A stretch of 64,000 bases of DNA from IMG/VR virus record IMGVR_UViG_3300045988_087184. One strand, given 5' to 3'. Numbering within the stretch: position 1 is the stretch's first letter; every line of letters begins with the position of its first letter. The DNA comes from a virus. Positions 54,839-62,278 of this stretch are shown one piece after another. Made by a program: the position numbers and the translations under genes. Under the pieces are notes generated by a model. It saw only the letters and a list, made by a program, of their open reading frames with translations, did not search any database and was not told the DNA's origin.

Positions 54839-55531
54839 TTAATTATTAATAATTTCGTTAATAAAATCGTTTGCGAGGATTACTCTATCTTCCATAAGCT
54901 TGATATCATCCTCCACTCTGTCAATCTCGGCCCAATGAATAGGCTTCGACAGCCAAGGACAATATACGATGAAGATTCCGCCTTTAGCGCCGGTACAACT
55001 CATCTCAGCCATCATCTGCCAGTAGTACTTCGGCTCGGTTTCTTTGAGCGAGGCAGCATCATGGATGAGAGTTCGGTACTTCATATACGTATTGATGTTC
55101 GGGCATTTGACCTCTATAATTTTGAGTTCTTCGCCGTCACGGCCATAGATTGCGCCGTCAGGACTTGCGGCGAAGTAAGGAATAGTATCGTGCTTGCAAG
55201 AAGAAAGCTCAACAATCTCGCCTTCCGGGAAGTTCATCTGCATGTAGAGAGACTTGGCCGCATCCTCCTGATCAGCTCCCCACTGCATTGCCTTGGTGTT
55301 TACGGATACTTGGTCGATGTAATCCTGGAAGATTCCATCATCATTCAAGAAAGTAGGATTGAACAGACGTTCTCCGGCAACCTGAAACAGATACGCTTTA
55401 GCTGTCTCGGAGAAAATCTCATCTTTCTTGCGGCCAGACTTCATGATGTCGGCGATTTTAGAACCTGTCAAAAAACCGACGCGACTACGGAACCACGAAA
55501 TCGAACGCTGTTCTATGCCATCGGTAATCAT
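54839..55531 (-). CDS. YqaJ-like viral exonuclease
   Basis: GIEQRSISWFRSRVGFLTGSKIADIM and a downstream PD-(D/E)xK-like E..K pattern. Confidence 0.7.
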   Translation of the reverse strand: MITDGIEQRSISWFRSRVGFLTGSKIADIMKSGRKKDEIFSETAKAYLFQVAGERLFNPTFLNDDGIFQDYIDQVSVNTKAMQWGADQEDAAKSLYMQMNFPEGEIVELSSCKHDTIPYFAASPDGAIYGRDGEELKIIEVKCPNINTYMKYRTLIHDAASLKETEPKYYWQMMAEMSCTGAKGGIFIVYCPWLSKPIHWAEIDRVEDDIKLMEDRVILANDFINEIINN

Positions 55532-56373
55532 TTCTTTTCCTCCTTCTTGGCTGCGTCAGTCTTTGCAGCATCAGCGGCCATAGCGGTGATACTCTTCTTG
55601 TTCTCTTCCTTTCGGTACGGCTTCATCAGTTCGTCGACTGTTGTGTCACCATCAGTGAGAGACTGAGTAATACCGAGAAGCAGGGCAATTTGATCTGCCT
55701 TAATCTGGTTGACCGTCTGCTTGCCACAGAGCATAACAACCTCCTGCTCGGTGATACCATACTCATCCTTAAAGAAGTCGATACACTTCTTGCGTCTTGC
55801 AACAAGCTTCTCTTCATCGGACAAATCACCCGTAATGAAGTGTTGAGCAGCTTGATATACCTTATCGGTAATTGCCTTTGGGATGACAGAGAACACCGCA
55901 TTACGATAAGCGATAGCATTTGCAGCATTACCGGTAACTGTAATCATATCATCAGTGAAGCGCTTTCCACCCTTACCGACAATAGAGCGACGCACCTCAA
56001 ATGCTGTAGCTACATTATTCTCCAAATCCCAACAAGTACCACGACTGATAACTTGCTTGTCCGTGATCTGAACAACCTTTGCTTCCGCTCTCATATTTCC
56101 CCAATTTGAAACGAGAAGTTTGGCAAGATGAACGCTCGGGCCAGTAATAGGCTTGCCGCCACGGGGAAGAGCATAACCACAGCTCTGTGCGGTCGCATAG
56201 TCCATTGTAGCCATAGCGATTGAATTGTTTACACTTCTTGCAAGGTCTCTAGGATACTGCTTGGCCGTTGCAACCTGAGAATCGACGTTAGCTCGTTCTA
56301 CAGCATCCACCTGAATGATACCCTGGTCATGGCTAACCTGCATGACCTCGTATCCTGGATTTTCATTTTCCAT
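55528..56373 (-). CDS. single-strand annealing protein (RecT/Red-beta-like, by context)
   Basis: 281 aa, directly upstream of and overlapping the YqaJ exonuclease gene. Confidence 0.5.
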   Translation of the reverse strand: MENENPGYEVMQVSHDQGIIQVDAVERANVDSQVATAKQYPRDLARSVNNSIAMATMDYATAQSCGYALPRGGKPITGPSVHLAKLLVSNWGNMRAEAKVVQITDKQVISRGTCWDLENNVATAFEVRRSIVGKGGKRFTDDMITVTGNAANAIAYRNAVFSVIPKAITDKVYQAAQHFITGDLSDEEKLVARRKKCIDFFKDEYGITEQEVVMLCGKQTVNQIKADQIALLLGITQSLTDGDTTVDELMKPYRKEENKKSITAMAADAAKTDAAKKEEKK

Positions 56374-56395
56374 TATGTTTTGTTTTAAAAATTAA

Positions 56396-56530
56396 TCACT
56401 CGTACCTCCAATCCCAATGTCTGCAAACGTAGTCCCCCGAGTTACTTGCCTTGGGGTCATCACACAACCCTAGCAAGATGCAATCGTGACAGCTCCTCTT
56501 ATAGTATGTAGCGACTTTACTGTTTGCCAT
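56396..56530 (-). CDS. small Cys-rich protein (44 aa)
   Basis: Hand-translated ORF MANSKVATYYKRSCHDCILLGLCDD...VCRHWDW. Confidence 0.35.
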   Translation of the reverse strand: MANSKVATYYKRSCHDCILLGLCDDPKASNSGDYVCRHWDWRYE

Positions 56531-56541
56531 AGCTTTGAAAT

Positions 56542-56805
56542 TTAATGTACTCTATCAATATAACTGAAGTAAGTTTCCACGGTCACCTTTACTCCGTCAG
56601 GATTGATTCTTTCGTAGTGTCGTGGAATCTTACCGAGCTTTCTGCCCTCGCCTTCCATATAGTCGAGGTAGATAGCTCTAGCCGCCAGGGCTCTAGCGTG
56701 ATTTGTGTCGAGGTCCATCAGACAGGCGTGAACCTCTCTCAGATGGACCACGGCAGCAGCTTCGCCAGGCGGCATAGATGCGATGATTTCGTTGATTCTA
56801 CTCAT
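56542..56805 (-). CDS. hypothetical protein (~87 aa)
   Basis: Track ORF trimmed to MSRINEII (ATG 56805) to avoid a 59-nt overlap. Confidence 0.45.
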   Translation of the reverse strand: MSRINEIIASMPPGEAAAVVHLREVHACLMDLDTNHARALAARAIYLDYMEGEGRKLGKIPRHYERINPDGVKVTVETYFSYIDRVH

Positions 56806-57280
56806 TCTGATTCTCTTTGTTTTCCGGAGAGGAAGCTGACTTATATTCGAAGACATCCATCAGCTTTGTCTCGTTAAGTCCTACGACATCGTAATCAATC
56901 ATGGTCTTGCCCATCACCTCGTCGATATAACGCAAGGCACGAGCCAACGACTTAGACTGAACCAGATAAACCACGTTAGAACGCTTCTCCTTCTCACTCT
57001 TCTCGTCAATGGTGATAAACTGAAGCTTTGCCGAGAACCACTTGTCGTCATCATCCTTATCGGAGAAGAAAATCTCACTAAAGTTGGCCTTCTTTGTACT
57101 AGGAACCTTGGTCTCTCCGTGACTATAAAGAGCCATCTCCTTGATGATAGATGCTTCTGCCTCTGTGCAAGACAGAGCCTCCACGATGTACGACTCGGTA
57201 ACGACCTTCTCAGAGCCGTCTTCCATACATTTCTGATACTTAATCTTGGTTTCGAACCAAGAACTTGAATGGCTTCTCAT
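56798..57280 (-). CDS. DUF4494-like protein
   Basis: WFETKIKYQKCMEDGSEKVVTESYIVEALSCTEAEASIIKEM pattern. Confidence 0.5.
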   Translation of the reverse strand: MRSHSSSWFETKIKYQKCMEDGSEKVVTESYIVEALSCTEAEASIIKEMALYSHGETKVPSTKKANFSEIFFSDKDDDDKWFSAKLQFITIDEKSEKEKRSNVVYLVQSKSLARALRYIDEVMGKTMIDYDVVGLNETKLMDVFEYKSASSPENKENQNE

Positions 57281-57675
57281 TACTCACCCTCCTCAATTAT
57301 TTTCAACAACATACGGAGACCTTCAACACCTGGCATCTCTCCGCTTTTTACTTTCTCATTGAGCTCATCAAGCTTCTTAAGCTTGTCAAGGTAAGCATTC
57401 TTCTTGTCATCAAGCGATTTGAGACGCTTGGTGATTTTCAGTTCCTGGTTGTCACTAATGATGGTGTCCAATGCGATACCGGCGAAAAGGTTCGTATTAT
57501 TCTCCTTCTTGCCTTCATCATCAATCTCGTCGATATCACGAGTAAACTGGTTTTTGCCGTCGATAACCTTCTTAAGCTCATTGAACTCATAAGGAGTCTT
57601 CGAGATGTCGAATGCTCTGTCAATAAGAGCCAGCTTGTCAATTACTACACTGACGATAATTTTGTCTTTGTCCAT
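57280..57675 (-). CDS. hypothetical coiled-coil protein (131 aa)
   Basis: Track ORF. Confidence 0.5.
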   Translation of the reverse strand: MDKDKIIVSVVIDKLALIDRAFDISKTPYEFNELKKVIDGKNQFTRDIDEIDDEGKKENNTNLFAGIALDTIISDNQELKITKRLKSLDDKKNAYLDKLKKLDELNEKVKSGEMPGVEGLRMLLKIIEEGE

Positions 57676-57931
57676 AATTTAAAATATTTATAATTAAACT
57701 ACTAGTCTTCCTTATCCCAACCAAGGGATTTTGTGATAAACGCACCTGCTGCGAACATAAGTACAGTCAGCAGAAAACTATTGATAATGATACTCATAGC
57801 TGAAACTTTTTGATTGGTTTCTTGCCGAACAACAAGTGGCAGCAGAGATTGATAATCTCCGCCACCACGACAATGATCAGCATAAAGAATAGATATACAA
57901 CAACAGAATATTTTTTCATTTTTACACCTTA

Positions 57932-58396
57932 TTATAATATAGTACAGTCAGAAGGAGGGTAATCAACGATTTTCCACTCATCCTTCTTCACCTTGATAGC
58001 CTTTCGGAATATCACGACGGATTCGCCGTTGTGACGTTTCCTGTTGTGGGCGATAAGCCTTGCCACGACAGCCTTTGTAGTTATCGAGAACTCCCTGAGC
58101 TTTGATGTGTAGATGCTCTTGACATCGCATATCACAACCTTGTCTCCTTCCCGGTAAATGAAGTCAGCAGTATAGTTATGCCCGTAAAGCAGTGACCTTC
58201 TCTCGTACTTGACCTTAGTCTTAAGCTGCTTTGGTTTCATCATCCATACCGGATTGATTGCCGTGATGGTTACCTGTCTGTGTATGCAGCTTATGTCAGG
58301 ATCATCAAGGATGGTCTGCAAGTACAGGTACTCTTCCCTGGAATCGTATTCGTTCCCGTCAGGAGCATTGTATTTCTTCGACCCTACTCGTCCCAT
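57932..58396 (-). CDS. DUF1064-like nuclease (putative junction resolvase family)
   Basis: Trimmed to MGRVGSKKYN. It contains YDSREEYLYLQ...YTADFIY...VICDVKS. Confidence 0.55.
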   Translation of the reverse strand: MGRVGSKKYNAPDGNEYDSREEYLYLQTILDDPDISCIHRQVTITAINPVWMMKPKQLKTKVKYERRSLLYGHNYTADFIYREGDKVVICDVKSIYTSKLREFSITTKAVVARLIAHNRKRHNGESVVIFRKAIKVKKDEWKIVDYPPSDCTIL

Positions 58397-58650
58397 GCTG
58401 CTCCTGCCTCCTTTCCGGGATTCTTCAGCAGCTTCTGGAACGCCTCGGCTCCAAACCTCTGCCATTTACCACTATTGAACTGCACGAGGTATTCACCCTT
58501 GCATAGTTCAGGTTTCCCGTCCGTGTAGCCAGGAAGCAGCTTGACGACGATATTGCCATCATGCCACAGCTCGACACGTTCGACGCATTCCTGCTTAAGG
58601 AGTTCATTAACCGTCTCCTTGCGCACTCTTATAGTCTTTTTCACTTTCAT
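58384..58650 (-). CDS. hypothetical protein (88 aa)
   Basis: Track ORF, the first gene after the tRNA cluster. Confidence 0.5.
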   Translation of the reverse strand: MKVKKTIRVRKETVNELLKQECVERVELWHDGNIVVKLLPGYTDGKPELCKGEYLVQFNSGKWQRFGAEAFQKLLKNPGKEAGAAWDE

Positions 58651-58829
58651 CTACAAGAACCTCTCCGGTTAGCCCACCACGCAAGGCAGGAGAGGTGATG
58701 CACGTGGTGATACAATATGAATACATTACTAAATAGCCTACGTCAAGAATCGGGAGGAGGATGACTTAACAACCTCGCTCCCTTCTTCCAACTAATAAAA
58801 AATTTAAAAAACGTTTGGCAAACACATTG

Positions 58830-58903
58830 AGCTACATGCAGGACTCGAACCTGCGACCCCTTGGGTACAAATCAAGTGCTCTGACCAACTGAGCTAATGT
58901 AGC
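58830..58903 (-). tRNA. tRNA-Thr(UGU) (hand-folded)
   Basis: Canonical cloverleaf with GG in the D-loop, a TTCGAGT T-loop and anticodon loop UUUGUAC. Positions 31-39 form an A-C mismatch. Confidence 0.6.
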
Positions 58904-59039
58904 GGATACCTCCTACTTTCACAAGCAAGAGGAAAATCTAAGAATGTTTTCATTTTCATCTAATCATCATAATGGAATACACTCTGAACGCTTTCAGAGG
59001 AACAATGATAAAATAAATACAAAAATTTACCTACTTGTG

Positions 59040-59111
59040 AAGCCCAAGGGAGACTCAAACTCCCAACCTCGCGGTTCGTTCCACGGCTCTATTCAGTTGA
59101 GCTACTGGGCT
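59040..59111 (-). tRNA. non-canonical tRNA-like gene (6-nt anticodon loop AACGAA)
   Basis: The acceptor, D, anticodon and T stems all pair. The D-loop lacks GG, the T-loop is TTTGAGT, and the anticodon stem CGTGG/CCGCG encloses only 6 nt. Confidence 0.45.
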
Positions 59112-59160
59112 TACCATTTCAACCAATTAAATTTCACGAAAAACGAAAAGAAGCTTATAG

Positions 59161-59233
59161 GGGTGGAGGATGGACTCGCACCATCGACCTCCTGCATTTA
59201 TAACAGGCGCTCTTGCTACTGAGCTACTCCACT
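59161..59233 (-). tRNA. non-canonical tRNA-like gene (anticodon loop UAUAAAU)
   Basis: A cloverleaf can be drawn, but positions 1-72 form an A-C mismatch, the D-loop lacks GG, the T-loop is TGCGAGT and position 33 is A. Confidence 0.45.
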
Positions 59234-59354
59234 CGATTTAGAACGAATATAATCTATTACACTAAAGCTCTTTTAAAAGCAGCCTACCCTCACGGGCGAG
59301 CTGCCTACATGTATCAATCTTTTTCACCTTATTTTAGTTTGAAGAAAACTGTTG

Positions 59355-59428
59355 TTGCAGGTGCAGAACTCGAATCTGCGACCTTTGGCTCATGAGGCCA
59401 ACGAGCTAGCCAACTGCTCCAACCTGCG
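59355..59428 (-). tRNA. initiator-type tRNA-Met(CAU)
   Basis: CGCAGGTTGGAGCAG...CTCATGA... closely parallels bacterial tRNA-fMet. It has a C1-A72 mismatch and three G-C pairs closing the anticodon stem. Confidence 0.8.
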
Positions 59429-59523
59429 ATATGGCAGTCTATTCTCCCGAACCGGCTGCGAAGGAAACAATTCAATAAAGTCATTTATATCAAAATAAAT
59501 GAAACGAAACAAGTTAATCATTT

Positions 59524-59614
59524 GGAGGTAATGGAGGACTCGAACCTCCATCTCACGACGATAAGAACGGTATCATCTAGTTGTCGCTGTGCTTCCGATT
59601 ACACCAATCACCTC
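59524..59614 (-). tRNA. tRNA-like gene with a ~16-nt insertion in the anticodon loop
   Basis: The acceptor (7-8 bp), D and T arms are normal. The anticodon stem GCGAC/GTCGT encloses 23 nt beginning AACTAGA. Confidence 0.45.
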
Positions 59615-60152
59615 TTTTATCTGAATTAGCAAGAACCTCAAGTCTATGTATTCTACACCTTTTATATATAATATAAGAGGCTTGCCAACGCCAACCATTC
59701 TCGATGGTGGACTTGCATGGCCATAGGGTTCTTTGACTCTCCGGTGCCGGGGTTATAGATCCAGGCACCTTCGGCCAGAGATTTACATCTTCTTCTCATT
59801 GATCCGCCGCTTACCACGACAATTCTTCGTTCCGTGGCAGTTCGGCGGATGGGAAATTTATGAAAGAGTAAATCCTGTCTAACTGGTCTTCCGTGCTACG
59901 TGCGTTCCTTCTGGGCATCTTCGCTATAGGTTCCCGACCTGAGATAATTAAATCCGCTCTACCCGTACTATCTTACACGTACACTAACGCTATAATGCGC
60001 TATATGTCCAATATGTCAAAGAACTACTTCTCCTATCCTTTTAGAACCTCTACTGATGCAAGATTGTAGCTGCACGGACTACCTACTTTATAAGGTAAGG
60101 GCTTACCTTTGCACCGTTCGAGATACATACGAAACGGGATTGTAAGAGAGTG

Positions 60153-60226
60153 CGACTGAGGTGAGGTTCGAACTCACGCCCCGGTGATTAGGAATCAACC
60201 TGCTCTATCCACTGAGCTACTCAGCC
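60153..60226 (-). tRNA. tRNA-Arg(CCU) (hand-folded)
   Basis: The D-arm (GG) and T-arm (TTCGAAC) are canonical and the anticodon loop is UUCCUAA. The anticodon stem has one U-C mismatch. Confidence 0.55.
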
Positions 60227-60394
60227 AAAATGGGGCGCGAACGAAATAGTTAAAGCCCGCCCCATCACTCATCGCTATGAGTCTATCAACATAAAACTAA
60301 CCTATCACCCTCACGGGCAAAGTCATTAAACATAATAACTAAAACTTACTATTATTAACTAACAACCTTATTCTTCTCTATCATCTTGCGGACA

Positions 60395-60598
60395 TCAGCA
60401 CACCTTGTGTCCTTCGATGAGCTCATCTATATCTGACTTCTTGAAGAATGCGGTGTTGCCAATCATGTAGTGATGGATCTGACCGCTCTTTCTCAAGTCG
60501 TGTATGTAACCAGTGCTCATACCAATATATTTGGCGAACTCTTTTGTGGAGAGCCATATCTTTTCGACAGGCTCTACTGAAACTTTCTTACGAGGCAT
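60395..60598 (-). CDS. excisionase-family HTH protein
   Basis: Trimmed to MPRKKV. WLSTKEFAKYIGMSTGYIHDLRKSGQIHHY is MerR/Xis-type. Confidence 0.6.
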   Translation of the reverse strand: MPRKKVSVEPVEKIWLSTKEFAKYIGMSTGYIHDLRKSGQIHHYMIGNTAFFKKSDIDELIEGHKVC

Positions 60599-60602
60599 AG
60601 GC

Positions 60603-60989
60603 TTAATCTTTAGTTTGCATATCAAGAATCTTCTCGAAAAGAGAAACGCATTTTTGAAGAGTAGTTATTGTTTCATCCTTCATCTCCAGCATTTCTCTTA
60701 GGAAATCATTTTCCTGCTTGAGGAAGTCATCTTGAACCACCGTAACCTTTCTAGTCTCTTCGTTCCGGTCATACATATCACCTTCTCCGCTTACGAGCCA
60801 ATCTTTCCTAATACCCAACGAACTGCATATTTTAAATATGTCAGGATTCGTGAATGGTGTTTCACCTTTCATTTTACGGCTAAAATTCGACGAACCTATG
60901 CCAACAACTACCGAGAAGTGATTTCTCGACTTAAAGCCAAGCTTATCAATAAGAAAAGAAATTCTTTCTATAATTTCCTTGCTGCTCAT
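60603..60989 (-). CDS. CI-type HTH regulator without a peptidase domain
   Basis: The N-terminal domain is paralogous to that of 62279..62968 (SNFSRKMKGETP...WLVSGEG). The C-terminus is a coiled coil. Confidence 0.6.
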   Translation of the reverse strand: MSSKEIIERISFLIDKLGFKSRNHFSVVVGIGSSNFSRKMKGETPFTNPDIFKICSSLGIRKDWLVSGEGDMYDRNEETRKVTVVQDDFLKQENDFLREMLEMKDETITTLQKCVSLFEKILDMQTKD

Positions 60990-60996
60990 TATCTTA

Positions 60997-61755
60997 TTAC
61001 ATTTTATCTTTGTTTGTATTAACTACTTTAGAAACAATGTCGAATATCTTCCCAAGGAATCCGTGCTCTTCTGCTACATCAAGATAGCTTTGTCCCTTTT
61101 TCCTATTATAACGGGTGATACCTATATTGTAAGCATAAAGAAGATTGTCGTAGACAAGATGCCAAATGTCTCTCTGTGACGTATTGGTTGCAGCTGCATA
61201 TTGGTTAACCAACCTACGAATCTTGTTGCGCATCGAAATCTCTGGAACATTATTCTCCGATACTTCCGCTTCAAGGAGTAGCTTTCCATTCTCAATACGC
61301 TCTTGCTTCATTTCGGCAATCTCCTTCTTTGTCTCTGCAACATCACGTTCAACACTTGATAGGCGATGTTCTTGCTCTACAAGCTGATTGATGGACATCT
61401 GGAGAATTTCAAGCTGAGACTTTGGTTTTTGTGAAGCCTTTATCTGCGCTTCCATACTATTGAAAGCCTTGATGTATTCGAGCTTGAATTGCATTGCCTT
61501 CTTGCCTGTAAACCCCATCGCCAACAACGTAAAACCATCACGATTCATTAAGAACATTGGTTGCTCCTTGTTTTGTTCGTTCAAATACCTTGATTCTGAG
61601 AACATTTCCGCGATGGCTGAATTTTCAGCAGTCCCACCAATAAGGTTTCTGATAGACTGCATAACATTCTTATGCTCCTTGCCAAACTTTTCAGCAATCA
61701 ACAAGCTACTTGTTACTGCCTGGTCGTTTGCACCACGAAATACGATTTCATTCAT
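60997..61755 (-). CDS. Rha-family phage regulatory protein
   Basis: VTSSLLIAEKFGKEHKNVMQSIRNLI is a Phage_pRha-type N-terminus. Confidence 0.75.
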   Translation of the reverse strand: MNEIVFRGANDQAVTSSLLIAEKFGKEHKNVMQSIRNLIGGTAENSAIAEMFSESRYLNEQNKEQPMFLMNRDGFTLLAMGFTGKKAMQFKLEYIKAFNSMEAQIKASQKPKSQLEILQMSINQLVEQEHRLSSVERDVAETKKEIAEMKQERIENGKLLLEAEVSENNVPEISMRNKIRRLVNQYAAATNTSQRDIWHLVYDNLLYAYNIGITRYNRKKGQSYLDVAEEHGFLGKIFDIVSKVVNTNKDKM

Positions 61756-61776
61756 ACTCCAATTATTTAAAGTTTA

Positions 61777-62016
61777 CTACTCAACGACCCTCTTCCTTCG
61801 ATTGACCTTTTCCGCTTCCGCCACTCCGATTGTAATCGTGCTACCATTGATTCTGCAATAGTAAGTGCAGCCATCAGTTCTAGGGTAAGCCTTCTTGACG
61901 TAGCCGACCGTATTTTTGGCAGAGACGCAAGCAAGGTAACTAGGAAGCTCGACGGTAATAGAACCGCCTACTCCGATACTTCGGATATCACTAACTTGTA
62001 TTTTACTTGCTTTCAT
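61777..62016 (-). CDS. hypothetical protein (79 aa), first gene of the leftward switch operon
   Basis: Track ORF. Confidence 0.5.
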   Translation of the reverse strand: MKASKIQVSDIRSIGVGGSITVELPSYLACVSAKNTVGYVKKAYPRTDGCTYYCRINGSTITIGVAEAEKVNRRKRVVE

Positions 62017-62057
62017 CGCTTAAACTTTATTATTTTTACTCATATTAACTAAAAATA

Positions 62058-62089
62058 TTTGGAGAAACCAAGAAAAACCCGTATCTTTG
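62058..62089 (+). promoter_or_regulatory. Bacteroidota-type promoter reading rightward toward the CI-like gene
   Basis: TTTG (62058-61), N20, then TATCTTTG (62082-89). Confidence 0.6.
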
Positions 62090-62168
62090 CAGTGTAGAGT
62101 TGCTTGGAATGGGATAAATCTCAGTCCCTCCGCATTTCGTCTTTCTGTTTTTACCAGTTTGACGATTG

Positions 62169-62200
62169 CAAAGGTATGGAAAAATCCCGAAACTTCCAAA
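62169..62200 (-). promoter_or_regulatory. Bacteroidota-type promoter reading leftward
   Basis: On the minus strand, TTTG (62200-62197), N20, then TACCTTTG (62176-62169). Confidence 0.6.
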
Positions 62201-62223
62201 GAAATCCCGATATTTTTCGGGAT
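62184..62223. promoter_or_regulatory. candidate operator repeats (ATCCCGA x2 direct, x1 inverted)
   Basis: ATCCCGA at 62184-90 and 62204-10 and TCGGGAT at 62217-23. The repeats flank the -33 element of the leftward promoter. Confidence 0.45.
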
Positions 62224-62278
62224 AATAAATATTTATTAACATTTTGTGGCTTTTTAGTTGCATATATAAAACTTAATT

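Noticed and set aside
58944-59768. Track ORFs 58944..59222, 59213..59395 and 59577..59768 within the tRNA cluster.
   Set aside because: They overlap tRNA genes on the opposite strand and have no coding signatures.
60095-60115. Plus-strand TACCTTTG-like box and an AAGGTAAG/CTTACCTT hairpin next to tRNA-Arg.
   Set aside because: The orientation is antisense to the tRNA cluster and nothing lies downstream on the plus strand. It is probably part of the structured segment rather than a promoter.
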